DNA of 64,000 nt from Octopus vulgaris. Lineage: Eukaryota. Both the position numbers and the translations under genes were made by a program. Positions 39,801 to 52,637 of the stretch are shown here, one piece after another. The first letter of the stretch is position 1. Each line of letters starts with the position of its first letter. The DNA lies in contig OX597814.1 in NCBI GenBank assembly GCA_951406725.2, positions 5,084,001 to 5,148,000 of the forward strand, written 5' to 3'. The notes beneath the pieces are model-generated. The model worked only from the letters and a program-made list of their open reading frames with translations. It made no database searches and was not told where the DNA came from.

Positions 39801-42510
39801 ATGTCTCTAAAGTGGAAATAAGATAATTTCCTTTGATTTAGTGTTTCCTACACATTCTTTAAGAAAATTTTGTTTCCGAGTAATATTGTAAGCATTAATC
39901 ATATTTTGAATAACAAAAATTAAATATCAGGATTTTAGAAATGATTTGAAGGGGAATGGCCAAAAATCAGTTGGGAACCATTTAAGACTTACTTTTGAAT
40001 TTGCTGATTCTGACCAATATATTTATTCTTTGATTAGCATTCAGTAATTATCAATGTATAATTACATTTTCTATCTCGTCAGTTTTCTTTTTATCACAAT
40101 GGTCACTGTTAATTAATTGGTGACCATAGATATTAATTAAGGGTGGTCTCCGTTCCGTTCAAAATGACCCTCAGCAGATTCCAATAAACCCAGAACTAAA
40201 TGAGAAGAGCCAACCAAAGTCTCTCGTTTGATATTTAAGGAAAAAAAAACATAGCAAACCTGTTTGTAGCTGTGAAAGCTATTCTTTATAATTCATGCAA
40301 AGAGCACAATTTGAAGGTCAAGAAATCTTGAATAATAAATTCTTGCATTGAGAATCTTATTTTCCAAGAGATTCTTTTGCTAAATCTACCTGAAAACCTG
40401 TTGTCTTTAAAATTGTTTCAAGAATAAACATACAGACATATATATATATATACAAAGGTTTATTTACAGTGTCAACCCATCTGATATTATTAATAGCATC
40501 TCTTTGATGGAACCCCTTTCATCACATCTCTGCTCTCGTCTCACACCCATTTCTCTTGCATTTAAATCTTTCTTCATTTCTTTGGCTTTTCTGTCAGGAA
40601 TTTTGTCTGTTTTTCTTCTCAACATTGACTGCCAACACTGGTGACCCTAATTTTTTAATTAACCTTTTTTTTTTTTTATGTGCTACTAATGAATGTGTTC
40701 ATTGCTTTAGCTGTTTTATTTCTCCAACCGTGACGTGTGGCCCAGGAAGTTTCATTAATCCACGATGCCATATCATTTCAAGAGTTGCCATTATTGGTAT
40801 CTCTCCAGATTATGAAGTTCTTGGATTTAGTCTGTCTGCCATTATTTTACTGTTATCTCTTCTGTGAAGAGGATCCTAACCATCAATCACTGGTATTCTG
40901 GGGGGGGGGTCTGCCAATCAACATCCTTCCCTCCCCCCCATTCCCAGCCCCACAATGTCGACTGATCTGGTATCAGTGAGAATCAGCAGAAGTGTTTAGA
41001 CTTCGCCCCAAATCAGTGATTTTAAGCACCAACTTCTTCAGATTGACTCTGAAATCCCTCTTTATCAGTAAAATATCTCTATTAACATAATGGTGACAAA
41101 AAGCTGGACACAGACAAACTGTTTCCAGTCAAAGAACTGAAAAATGGGGTCAAAATTATTTTTGCCAATTCCAGCCATCAACAGGAGAAATAAAAACATT
41201 GTTGTTTCATAAATTTTAGAGTTTCAGCTGAAAAATTTAATCAAAACTGTTCATCTTCTCTCAAATTGTTCGTTAGCAACCTGCACCAGGTTAATTAATT
41301 GTCATGTCAACATGTTAATTAGTGTCAACAAAGATTTTTCAAGTCATAAATTGGAGATTCTCATGTTAAATCTTCAATATTTCTTTCTAGATTGAAACTA
41401 AATTCAATTCCAATTTGGATTTCCTAGATTCTGAAATTCTTGAAGGTAAAATATGATCAAGAAAGATTCAAACATTGATTGGTTTGAACCAAATCCACCC
41501 CAATCAAAATGTATTTACACTAGCCCCTCTGTAATATGTAGATATATATATATACACACATTTATATATATATATATATATAGATAATATTTTCTCAAAA
41601 TGTTTCACTACAAATTGATCAATTATCAAAGTTAACTAATTGGACATTTCTATATTTCTATTAAAGATTTAAGCAAAATGGAATTTTTAAACTAATGACT
41701 ATTCTTAGTTGATTGATTTTTCTTTTATCAATAAGATTCTTCTGAATATTGACATAGACACATTGGTGTGTGTGTGTGTGTGTGTGTGGAAGACAGAAAC
41801 ATGGGACCTTATTTATAAGATATGTAATTATTATAATCAAGACACATTGTCAAATCAGAGAGATGTGTAACTTTTATAAGAAAGAAACAAATGAATGCTG
41901 TAGTGTTACTTATAGAAATTACACATTCTCTGATGATTTGACAAGACTTAGTTATTGCAAGTGACATTAATGCCTCGTGTCAATGAAACATGTGTCAGCT
42001 GGTGGAAGTAAATAATTTCTCATGTTCTGGTGTGTGTGTGTGTGTGTACACACGTTTGTTAGTTTTATGTTCTTTTTACCATGCTAGTATGGAAAGAACA
42101 GTTGTACAAAGAATGAACACTTAACAGTGAAAGTGGAGCATGATACCCAGGTATATAAGGGTGGGATTGACTTCTTGTTGTATTCCGATTCACTTTTGCT
42201 GAGGAAATGGTTTTATGAGAATGTAGAATTATTAGAACGGGTGTACAAATGGAAGATTGAAAATGTTGATAGATTGTTTACTCTCATTACTTCCGAACTG
42301 TGTATGTGTGTAAAAATGTATGTGTGTGTATGTGTGTATATATATCAATGTATGTATGTGCGTGTATGAATGTGTATATGTATGGATGTGTATATATGTA
42401 TATACATTGTGTATATATGTGTGTATACACTATGTATTTATAAGTATGTATGCATGTGTGTATATATATATGTGTGTGTGTGTATGTGTATATATGCATG
42501 TAGTTATATA

Positions 42511-42550
<40 letters not shown>

Positions 42551-43900
42551 CGTGTATATATATAATGTTTGTTCTTATGTGAAGTTATATGAAAACAATT
42601 TCAGATGAAGCTGAAACTCAATACTTTTTAGTAGAGTATATATGTTTGTTGAACTTTTTACAAGGAAAAGGCTGACAGTGACTTCGAAGTGTCAGGCTGA
42701 CAGTGACTTCATCCCATTGATGAAAGTGACCAAGCTGGAGCTTTCAACCTTTTCTTTGTAAAAATTAATACACACACACACATATGAAGAAAGAGGGTAC
42801 CTTACCTCTGGTACCCCCGATGTTGTCTATGTCTCTGGATTCAGCCCCGATTGCAAAACAATGCCCCCCACCACACATTATATATCATTGGGTTGTTGTA
42901 TTATATAAATCCACAGAGTAAAGAGTAAATTATTTTCTTACCGACGCCATTCCTCTGTCATCTCAACGGAATGACTTGCTACTCTTTTATTGTTAACACT
43001 GAAGAATCCTCACGGAATTGTTGCCGTTCAGAAAAACAAACCAAAATCTCAAATTGAAAAACTTCATTTAAGTCTTCCTTTTCACTATTTTCTGGGGTGC
43101 AATAATAAATTTGCATCACGGAAGGAACCAAAATGGCAATTTTCTAATGTAAAATGATTTAGAAAGGAAAAAAAATTAAAGTAATTTCAGTTTTGTTGTA
43201 TTGGAAACAATTAGTGACGTTTGCAAGTTTTAATTAACCATATCTAAATATATTTTGTAAATTATTAATGTAAAACTTTTAATATATGAAACAGTATTTG
43301 GTAACGCTTCACACCCACCCCTCATTTCTAGATTTTGTTATGCAACAACATTATCTGATTCCTCCCTGAGCTGAAAACCAAACTGTTTTCAATTTGTAAT
43401 CCTCTTCACCTCCCCCTAAACTTCCTCACCATCTTTTTTTATGGCTCATTACACTGAAGCCAAAAGCACTTTTTTCAACTGTGATACGACACCTGAATCA
43501 TTTTATGTAAAAGTCTGTTAGAATAAAGTGTTGTCTTCTCAGTCTTCAAGACACAAATGAACCCAACACACAACTTTACATTTTTTTTTCTCTCCCGTGT
43601 CTTTTCTGGATTGACTCCAAATCTAATCACACTGTTCTTATCGTTGTGAATCTCTGTCAAAAGTCTGTCTTTGTTTTTAAGCATAATTTTTCAATTCAAC
43701 CAAAACCAGATTCGTTTTGCCCCTTTATTCCCACAAACTGTAATATTCTGTACATTTTAGAGAAAAAAAAAATGAATAAATGAATTTATTTCAAAGATTT
43801 AGTTTTGGTTTTCGCTTATTAACTCTTGTTATTTCTTTGCAGTCTTCAGATAACTTCAACTCTTTTCTAACAATATTTCTATTCAATGCTTTTGCTTCGA
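36862..43900 (+). other. Probable long 3'UTR / TE-poor downstream region of the PX gene
   Basis: AT-rich unique sequence with no recognisable SINE/LINE copies, unlike the rest of the window, and several AATAAA hexamers. The true 3' end cannot be determined. Confidence 0.45.
39674..39831. repeat. Double hairpin / interleaved inverted repeat
   Basis: 34-bp perfect stem from 39741 to 39831, plus an adjacent 15-bp stem built from the same CACTTTAGAGACATC unit. Confidence 0.9.
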
Positions 43901-43947
43901 TCAGTTTTTAGAAAGAATTTTGTAACATTATTATTATTATTTTGTTA

Positions 43948-45704
43948 GGTGAAGAAAAAGAAGAATTTACTGTTTCTTTGTGTTACCAATTCTTGCTACT
44001 GTCACTAAACACATGGATAAACTTCTTCATTATTGCTTCTATAGACCCATCAGGGTCAACGAGGAGTTCATTGCGAAGCAAGACATAGGATTGCCTGTGT
44101 AATAATAATAATAATAATAATAATGGAAAACGGGCGTTAAATGATGACGATTAAGCTGGTGTTTAGAACATATCTTAAAGTTTTGATTGGAAGACTTTAA
44201 TTTCACTTTTTAACAGGAAATTTGTATCCAAGAAGCAGGAGGTTGGAATTGAAAGGGTTAAAGAGTAAGTGATTGGTGTTAGGAAGTCCATTCAGTCATA
44301 GAATCCGTGCCACAACAGGCATTGGAGCCAAAAATGGTTGTTACAAGTTGTTGGATGTTGTCAAGCCATCCTACCCATGCCACCTCCAAAAACATTCTCA
44401 CCATTTTATCATCCACTTTTCCATGCATCTGATGGATTTTATTGGGGGTCATTTTCTGTGGCCAAATGCCATTCCTGTCACCAAGCTTCAACTGTTTCCA
44501 AGCAAAGTAATATTTCCCCATCGCCAAATATTCTTCACAGGTGACTAGAAATCTTTTATTAAGACAGCTATCAAGCAGTGTCCGACACTAGGAATCACAA
44601 ACACATACACACATGTCTATATATTTGACATGATTCTTTCAGCTTCCTTCTACTAAATCTACTCCCAAGACTTTGCTCAGCCTAGGGCTATAGAAGACAC
44701 TCACGGTGCCACTAAACCTGAATCCATACGGTTGGGAAGCAAACTTCTCAACCACACAACAAAACCTGTGCCTCACTAATATATGGAACTGTGGAGCAGG
44801 AATATTTGCCAAATACCAACGGCTTGCCATGGAATTGAACCTTGAATCACTGTCTTCAGACATCAAGATAACTGAATAAGACAAACAGGATTCTGTCAAA
44901 GATTGATGACCACAGAAAAGAACTGACCAATCAAATCTCCAGCAGAAACAGCAAGAACTTGTTTTGATCAATAGCTATGATAACCAGCAAAAACAACAGA
45001 CCCAAGTAGACTTTTTAAATACCAGGGTTGTAAAGAAGCATTTTGGGGTGGGGTGGGGGCACACAAACATGTCTAACACAAACTTGATTTGGATAGCATT
45101 CTAACTGTTGTTTCAACAGCAATGTCTTTGTTAACCAGAAACATTTTGATTTGGAACATCACACAGACTTTTGTCCTTGCATCTCTTAACCAAACCAAAA
45201 TGTCTTATTGTTTCGCACACACACAGACACACAGACACAGACGCGTGTGTTTGCGATGTCTATGTTGTTGCTGCTTGTTTGTTTGTTGAGCGAAGCGGTC
45301 TTCGTGGGAGAAGTCCGAAACGTGGTCCTTTGCTATTCGTAAAACCCGTAGAAAAGTAAGCAGGTCAACCCCCCCCCCCGACACCGAGAGCATCGATGGA
45401 TGGATGAATGCGCATCCAGGCTCAGCGTTTGCGTAGGAAGTCGGGGTGTTGTTGCTGCTGCTGTATATCAATGAAAAATATGAAATCCATCACGAAAACT
45501 AAATATAATAAGTATTTACAAACAAAAAGAAGACCCTGTGTAGTTTTTGTTTCTCAGGCAATCCTATGTCTTGCTTCACAATGAACTCCTCCTTGACCCT
45601 GATGGGTCTACAGAAGCAATAATGAAGAAGTTTATCCATGCGTTTAGTGACAGAAGCAAGAATTGGTAACACAAAGAAACAGTAAATTCTTCTTTTTCTT
45701 CACC
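43948..45704. repeat. 150-bp inverted repeat pair (43948-44097 / 45555-45704)
   Basis: About five mismatches over 150 bp by manual comparison. Confidence 0.9.
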
Positions 45705-46939
45705 AATAATTTTACAAATGTTATCCTACATAAGATGTAAATATTTTTTTAAATGGTCAATCATTGCACCATGATGTGGTGTTGAAAGTCCAGGCTGACA
45801 ACAATCAGTGGGATGGTCAGCTTAATGTCCCCTACACCAGCCCGTCTCCTGAAATGCTATTGGAATACCTGTCCAGAGAAAGTTTGGAATAAGGATCAAT
45901 CAGAGACTTACCATTCCAGCAGCTGCAATATTTCCCATCAACAAGATTTCCGTTTCAATCTCTTCCGTCCTTATTTCTATGAATCTAACCCAATTAACAC
46001 AATCAAGCTAATTAGGGCTGGGACTGTGTGTCAAACTGATAATTACTGGTCACGATTGATGAGTTTCCTTATGAACATCATGATGTTCAGTACTGGAAGC
46101 TGGACAAGGAAACAGACAGACAGGCAAAGATATTCAGCTGTCCATTCCTCCGTCTGTTCACCCGTTGAGGACTGATGGACTGGGGCAGCATCTTTTGGTC
46201 ATTGTCCTGCTTTACACCAATGCTGTGGCTTGGGTTTAATTAAAAACAAAATACACAAAGTTGAAAATTGTAGCAAAATATTTAATTACAAAACATCGTT
46301 AAGCTGCACAAATATCAGAACTTATAAAAAGAACAAAAAATAAATAAAATGAATGCAAATGATAAAAATAGCAGAAGCATTGAAATGTTGGACGGAATCG
46401 ATTTGTGTGCAAAGAGCAGACAGAGTTGATGTTCTTAGAGACGTATTTCATTAAGATCATCATCGTTGTAAATTAATTAAAAATTTCTTTGTTAAAGTCG
46501 ACATTTATATAATAAGAATGGAGCAGAAATCTGAGATAAATCAGAATAACAACAATGTAGATATAAACACAGACATGTTTATAAACACGTTCCACCCATG
46601 CCAGCATGGAAGGCAGACGTTGAACAAGGAGGAGGATGATGATGATGATGATGATGATGCATTTCTTTCGTTTTTGGTTTTGACTGGAAGCGGTGAATGT
46701 TTCTAATACAAGTCTTTTTTTTTTTTAATGCTCTTATGTTGAAGAAATCACTAAATATATATATATACACACACACACATGTAATTCTCTCTCTTTTTCA
46801 TATATATATATAGATACATACATACACACACACATACATATATATATAGATACAGAAATAATTTATTCGCAAATGCATGTGATACAATAGTATGGACAGG
46901 ATAAACTATCCATATATTGCAAAAAAAAAAAATCGTTAC

Positions 46940-47013
46940 CGCCCAGCCATGAGACTTGAACTCACACCCCTGTGATTACGCATCAAGTGATTTACCTTTA
47001 AGCTAAACTGCCC
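46940..47013 (-). pseudogene. tRNA-like sequence (apparent CGT anticodon, Thr-like), probably a SINE head or tRNA pseudogene
   Basis: Minus strand GGCAGTTTAGCTTAAAGGTAAATCACTTGATGCGTAATCACAGGGGTGTGAGTTCAAGTCTCATGGCTG. T-arm is intact; acceptor and anticodon stems are imperfect. Confidence 0.5.
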
Positions 47014-47232
47014 AGTAACGAATTGTTCTGCAATTTTAGGATTTATAAATCTAGCTTTATAAGACACTAACATATATATATGTATTAGGTGTGTGTGTGT
47101 GTATGTATGTATGTATGTATGTATATATATATATATATTTCAACAATTGAGGGTAAAATTAATTAATTATTAATCAATTTCACCAAGTGTTCAGTATGCA
47201 AAGGGACCATTTAAGGGAATTCAAATTATTAC

Positions 47233-47419
47233 ATTATATAAAAGGGCTTAGTAAAATAAATTATGCATACTGAACTCATTAGAAATAGCACAAAAAAACT
47301 TTTTAAAGCTATTTCTAATACTTAAAGATTTTCTTTAAGTATTAGAAATAGCTTTAAAAAGTTTTTTGCTGCTATTTAATGAGTTCAGTATGCGGCAAGT
47401 AATTTATTTACTAACCCTT

Positions 47420-47427
<8 letters not shown>
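47233..47427. repeat. ~195 bp fold-back palindrome with a ~3-nt loop
   Basis: Centre ...ATTTCTAATACTTAAAGA ttt TCTTTAAGTATTAGAAAT..., with arms of ~95 nt. Confidence 0.88.
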
Positions 47428-47458
<31 letters not shown>

Positions 47459-47847
47459 GATAACTATTATTTTCCGGGAACGCTGCCGCTGTTCTCTTTT
47501 AGAGAGACTTAGTTATTTTAATATTTCTAATATATATATATATATATATGTAAATATGTGGAAGCACAATGCCCAGGGCAACAGACTCGCGGTCATAGGA
47601 TCACGGTTTCGATTCCCAGACTGGGTGTTGTGGGTGTTTATTTAGCGAAAACACCTAAAAGCTCCACGAGGCTCCAGCAGGGGGTGGTGGCGACCCCTGC
47701 TGTATTCTTTCATCACAACTTTTACTCTTTCTTCTGCTGGCCTGCTCGCTTAGCCAGCGGGGTGGTGTCATTTGAGGCTAAAACAATGCAAAGCGCATTG
47801 TGACCAGTGATGTGTAGCAACATCTGATAGCCTGGTCGGTCATGGTG

Positions 47848-47885
<38 letters not shown>

Positions 47886-47935
47886 TCTTATATATGTGTA
47901 TATATATGCATGTGTGTGTGCATGTATACATGTAT

Positions 47936-47973
<38 letters not shown>

Positions 47974-48619
47974 ATGCCAATCTCACAAGTCTCTCCAGTC
48001 TAAGAGATCTGTCTGTGAACGTACATTCTAAAATATCTTGAATTGATTTGTCAATATTTTCAATAATTCTCTCATTGATGGAAACACAAAATAAAAGAAA
48101 AAAATTCCTGCCTAAATTCTAAAGAAACCATTGTTCTGAAGAGAGCGTTGGATTTAGTGTTGATGGTAATTGTAGAAATATGGTCAGATGGAACCGAAAG
48201 ACTTGAAGAGCAACAAACAGTTACAGAAAGATGATTGCAGGATCAATAAGGGATCAATAACAGATATTGATTGTAGTCATTTGACACACAATGATTTTAA
48301 TAAATATTAATTAGGTTCGTTAAATTTGTTATTTACTGAGCAAATCAAAACTCTAAAGTACATTCTTGCTTCAAATGTTACACAGCAATTCCACAGACAT
48401 ATCTGATGTGCCCATGGACATACAAACAGACACACACACACACATGTATATGTGTAAGTGTATCTATGAGTGTGTATATGTGTGCACATGGATGTGTGGG
48501 TGTGTGTATACATGTATATATGTAAGTATTGTGTGTTTACGGATGGTCTGTTTGTGTGTCGACTGGCTTTTGTTGGCACAATGCAAGATGAAGGCTTATT
48601 AGAAATATGAGACAATATT

Positions 48620-49640
48620 TTATGGCTACTGCTAAAACTGTTGTAACAATAATGGTCTGAATAGTAAAATGGGAGGGCATCAACAGGGAAATGGCAAACA
48701 AGACCTGATACGGTATGCTGCTAGTGCAGAAGGAGTTAACAAAAATGGACTTGAGGGTAATCATGAATTCCGATCATGAACAGCCGACGAGAGAGAAGAA
48801 ACCCTACTCTGTATGGAATTACACGGTCAGTTCCACTGTGGAACCAACAAATTAAAAGACAGAGAAGCATCATAGAGGTGGCTCAACAAGGGTGATCTAA
48901 TGAAAAATACTGAAAGCATAATCATTGCGGCCCAGGACCGGGCATTGAATAGCAACTCAGTGAAAAAGAATATATACCACACGAGTGATTCAGACCTCTG
49001 CAGAAGGTTGAAAGCGTGAGTCACATTGTCAGAGCTTGAGAAAGTCTTGCACAGAAAGAGTACAAGCGTGGATATGACAAGGTAGCTGAAAACCTCCACT
49101 GGCTACTATGCCGTAAGTATGGATATGAGGTTACGGGTGCTTGGTACCAACATACACCGGAAAAGGTAATGGACGAAAAGGGGAAGGCAAAAATCCTCTG
49201 GGACTTTGATTTCCAGACAGAAGTGTTAGAGCACTGAAAGCTGGATATAGTAACCTTTAGGAAGGACAAACAAAAGTGTCTGTGCCAGGAGATCAACTTA
49301 TCATCGTGAAAGAAAGAAAGAGAAAAGGTTAATAAATACGGAGAGCTGAGAATTGAGATTGCTAAGATGTGGCAGCTACGAGAGTCAAACATAAAGGTTA
49401 TCCCTATTGTCATCGGAGTATTGGGTTCAATACCATCCCATCTGAAAACTTTAGAAATACCCTACAATCTAGGTGTATTGCAGAAGTCGGCATTACTTGG
49501 AATTGGATGCATATTGCATAAAGTACTGTTGGCCTGAGGTCCTTGTTGTCACTTGACAAACAGTACAAACCCCCGGTAGACACAATATCTTCAATCAACA
49601 AACTCACGGTACTGTATGATGTCTATAATAATAATAATCC
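48620..49640 (+). mobile_element. R4/Dong-like non-LTR retrotransposon 3' end (restriction-like endonuclease), degenerate
   Basis: HGQF...WLNKGDL..NTESIIIAAQD...LCR...LHWLLC...KILWDF...EKVNKY.EL.IEI.KMW...VIPIVIGVLG...LQKSALLG; ends in (TAA)n. Confidence 0.85.
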
Positions 49641-51147
49641 TTTCTACTATAGACACAAGGCCTGAAATTTGGAGGAGGGGGGATACTTAATTACATCGAT
49701 CCCCAGACTATAACTGGTACTTATTTTATTGGCCCTGAAAGGATGACAGGCATAATTGACCTCAGCAGACTTTGAACTCAGAACAGACAGATGAAATGCC
49801 ACTAATGGTTCTGCGAGCTCATCATCTTAATTGAAATATTAATGTTAAAGGCAATTTAAAGCCCAAATAGAGAGAGATGGAATGTGTCAAATGATGTTAA
49901 TAATATTTTACTGAGAAATAATTAATTAATTAATTAATTATAATCAATTTTGAGCATTAAATTCCATAAAATATCTGATATAAAAATAGGTTTCTATAGA
50001 ATGCAAGTATAGAATTCTAATCTCGAAACTCGAAAAATCGGATGCTTTAGCAGCATTGGTAAATGAGAAGAGCATCCGTGTTAGGAATCAGTAGAATCTA
50101 AGAGACTAAAGATTCTTCAGAAAGGGTCAGACTAGAATTCCGTTGCAATCATTCTGATTAGGAGTCAAAACTAACTTCATTTCTTGTAAAACCACACAGC
50201 TAAAGGAATTGGCAATAGGGGATCTTTTATGGCACTTACCGATTTGGGAGTCGGTTCATTCATGCATTTTCTTCCCTCCCTACTTGGCGCTGTCATCTGT
50301 CTTTGATAGCAACGTTACAATATAAAACTTCTCTGCCACTTACAGAAATTGAACCATCAGATCAAACTTTCATGAAAAGTCAAGAATTTAGTGTTGAGAA
50401 AAATGGAAAATTAAATTTTAGCATCTGGACATAACTAAAAATTGATTGACAGACAAACTTTTCAAAGCTCAAACAAGTCAAGCGGTTGAGAGAGTGAACG
50501 AAGGGAGGTAACCGCGATAGTCCTGTCAGCCTCATTTGACGGTTTTGCTTTAGCTTAATGGAACAGAATCCGATTGTAGAAGGAAAAGTTTAAGTTAGAG
50601 AATCTAATATTTAATTTTAAAAAACAGGAATATTTTTATGGTATTCTAAATCCCTTCTGAGGGAATATGATTCTGTTTTAAAGATAGACAAAAAACCTAA
50701 TTTTTCTTGTTAAAAGTAATGACAGACCCCCTCCCACACGCCCACCCACAACGATCAAGATTGCATTTGAAGCTAAATCGTCATCATCATCATCATCGTT
50801 TAACGTCCACTTTCCATGCTAGCATGGGTTGGACGGTTCGACCGGGGCCTGGGAAGCCAGGGGCTGCACCAGGCTCCAGTCTGCTCTGGCAGTGTTTCTA
50901 CAGCTGGATGCCCTTCCTAATGCCAACCACTCCCTGAGTGTAGTGGGTGCTTTTTACGCGCCACCTGCACAGGTGCCAGGGGAGTCTGGCAGCGGCCACG
51001 ATCGGTTGGTGCTTTTAACGTGCCACCGGCACGGGAGCCAGCCAAGGCGGCGCTGGCATTGGCCTAAATCTAAATAAATTATCTAAAATATTTAAAAAAT
51101 CGATTATGTTTTATTGCAGCTATATTATTTCATGTCTGTGCGTGTAG

Positions 51148-51219
<72 letters not shown>

Positions 51220-51482
51220 TATATATATGTTTTCTCATTAACAGATCGTTCTGTCGATGTGTGACGTTGGTAGAAGAACTTCAAGGAATTAATTCTAACA
51301 AAACGTCATTTGGGAGGATGATTGTTGTTGTTCTTGCTGTTGTTAGCCTTAGATTTTAGTTGAAGAAATTCAAATGAGGAAATGGTGATAAACAAGCGAA
51401 ACCTTGTGAAATTATAACAGGGGTGATGTGAAACGTCTGTGGAATCGGTAACCACAGCAACGAGACTGGATAAAACATGATT

Positions 51483-51583
51483 TCATAAACAATATTTGTG
51501 TTTCATCAAGGTTAAATAGTCTGCTTTCGACTGAGACAAGGCGTTGTTTAACTCAATCAGGCCCAAAGGTTTTACGGCAGAAC
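51483..51583 (-). CDS. ANKRD26: Terminal coding exon of the ANKRD26-like protein
   Basis: Long T tract + GCAG acceptor, phase 1. Translates SAVKPLGLIELNNALSQSKADYLTLMKHKYCL*, cf. the ANKRD26 end 'PLGSTDESNLNQDLVWKASREYVQVLKKNYMI*'. Confidence 0.82.
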
Positions 51584-52077
51584 CTGCAAAAATAAAAACA
51601 AAAAAAAAAGATTAATCTACAATAAATCATTAATCCACAGTAAATCCACTTTAGTTCAATAAAAACAGAAAACAAGTGGTTTCAACCATTGAACTATGGC
51701 TACGCTGAGGCAACATCATCAACTTGTTGGATGTTGCTCCAGCATGGCCACAGCTACCCATTGATTTTTAACTTCAATTTATTGATCTCAGATGAATGAT
51801 TGACCAAAATCAATGTCGTCAAAAAATCTACTCAGAACATAAAGGGAGATAAGCAAATGCGTCCAGTTATTGTACTCCGATAGTCTCCCCTTTTGCTATC
51901 CTCCCATCGTATTTTATACAACTTCCTACAATCTCAAAGTCTTCGATTCTACGATTGATTATTTTATATTTTACAGATTCTGTAATATTTTTCCATCCTC
52001 CAACCCACCCTCTCACTTCATATTTACTATTTTTCCTTTGCTGTTTACTAGTTTTATTAACACAACACATTTTAAAT

Positions 52078-52637
52078 AATAATAAAACATTGTGTACAGT
52101 GCTCAGGTGCACTACAACTCATCTAAAGTGTATGTATAATCAGGTGTAGTTTCGGCGGATTTCGGAAAGCATGAGGGCCTTAAAGGATGCAGTGTCATGG
52201 CAGTCAACAACTGATGCAGGCAGTTTATTCCATGCTTCAGCAACTCTGAGCGTGAAAAAATGTTTCCGAAAGTCATGGGAGCTGTGTTGTTTTCTGACTT
52301 TGTAGGCATGTCCATGTGTGTTAGACACATGGAGATCAAAAAGGTGTTCAGTGTTGTTGTTGGTGAGGTGGTTGATAACTTTGTGGGTGTTTACCAAGTC
52401 CGTCACCAGACGCCGGAGCTTCAGTGAATCCATGCCCAGGGAAACAAAGCGCTCAGAATATGGTAGGTGTCTGATGGAGGGTATGCGTTTGGTTGCAAGT
52501 CTCTGGACAGATTCCAGGAGGTCAATGTTCTGAGCAAGATAGGGGTTCCAAACTGATGATGCGAATTCCAAGTGTGGTCGTACCATAGCTGTATACAGTT
52601 TTAAATAGATGGCTGGAGAGCGGCTAACAAAAGTCTT
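52078..52637 (-). mobile_element. CR1-clade LINE 3' end
   Basis: LKLYTAMVRPHLEFASSVWNPY...LESVQRLATKRI...RRLVTDL...FFTLRVAEAWNKLP; (TTA)n-type tail. Confidence 0.92.

Noticed and set aside
45760-46200. 120-aa ORF / faint transposase-like sequence
   Set aside because: No recognisable motifs or consistent splice sites.
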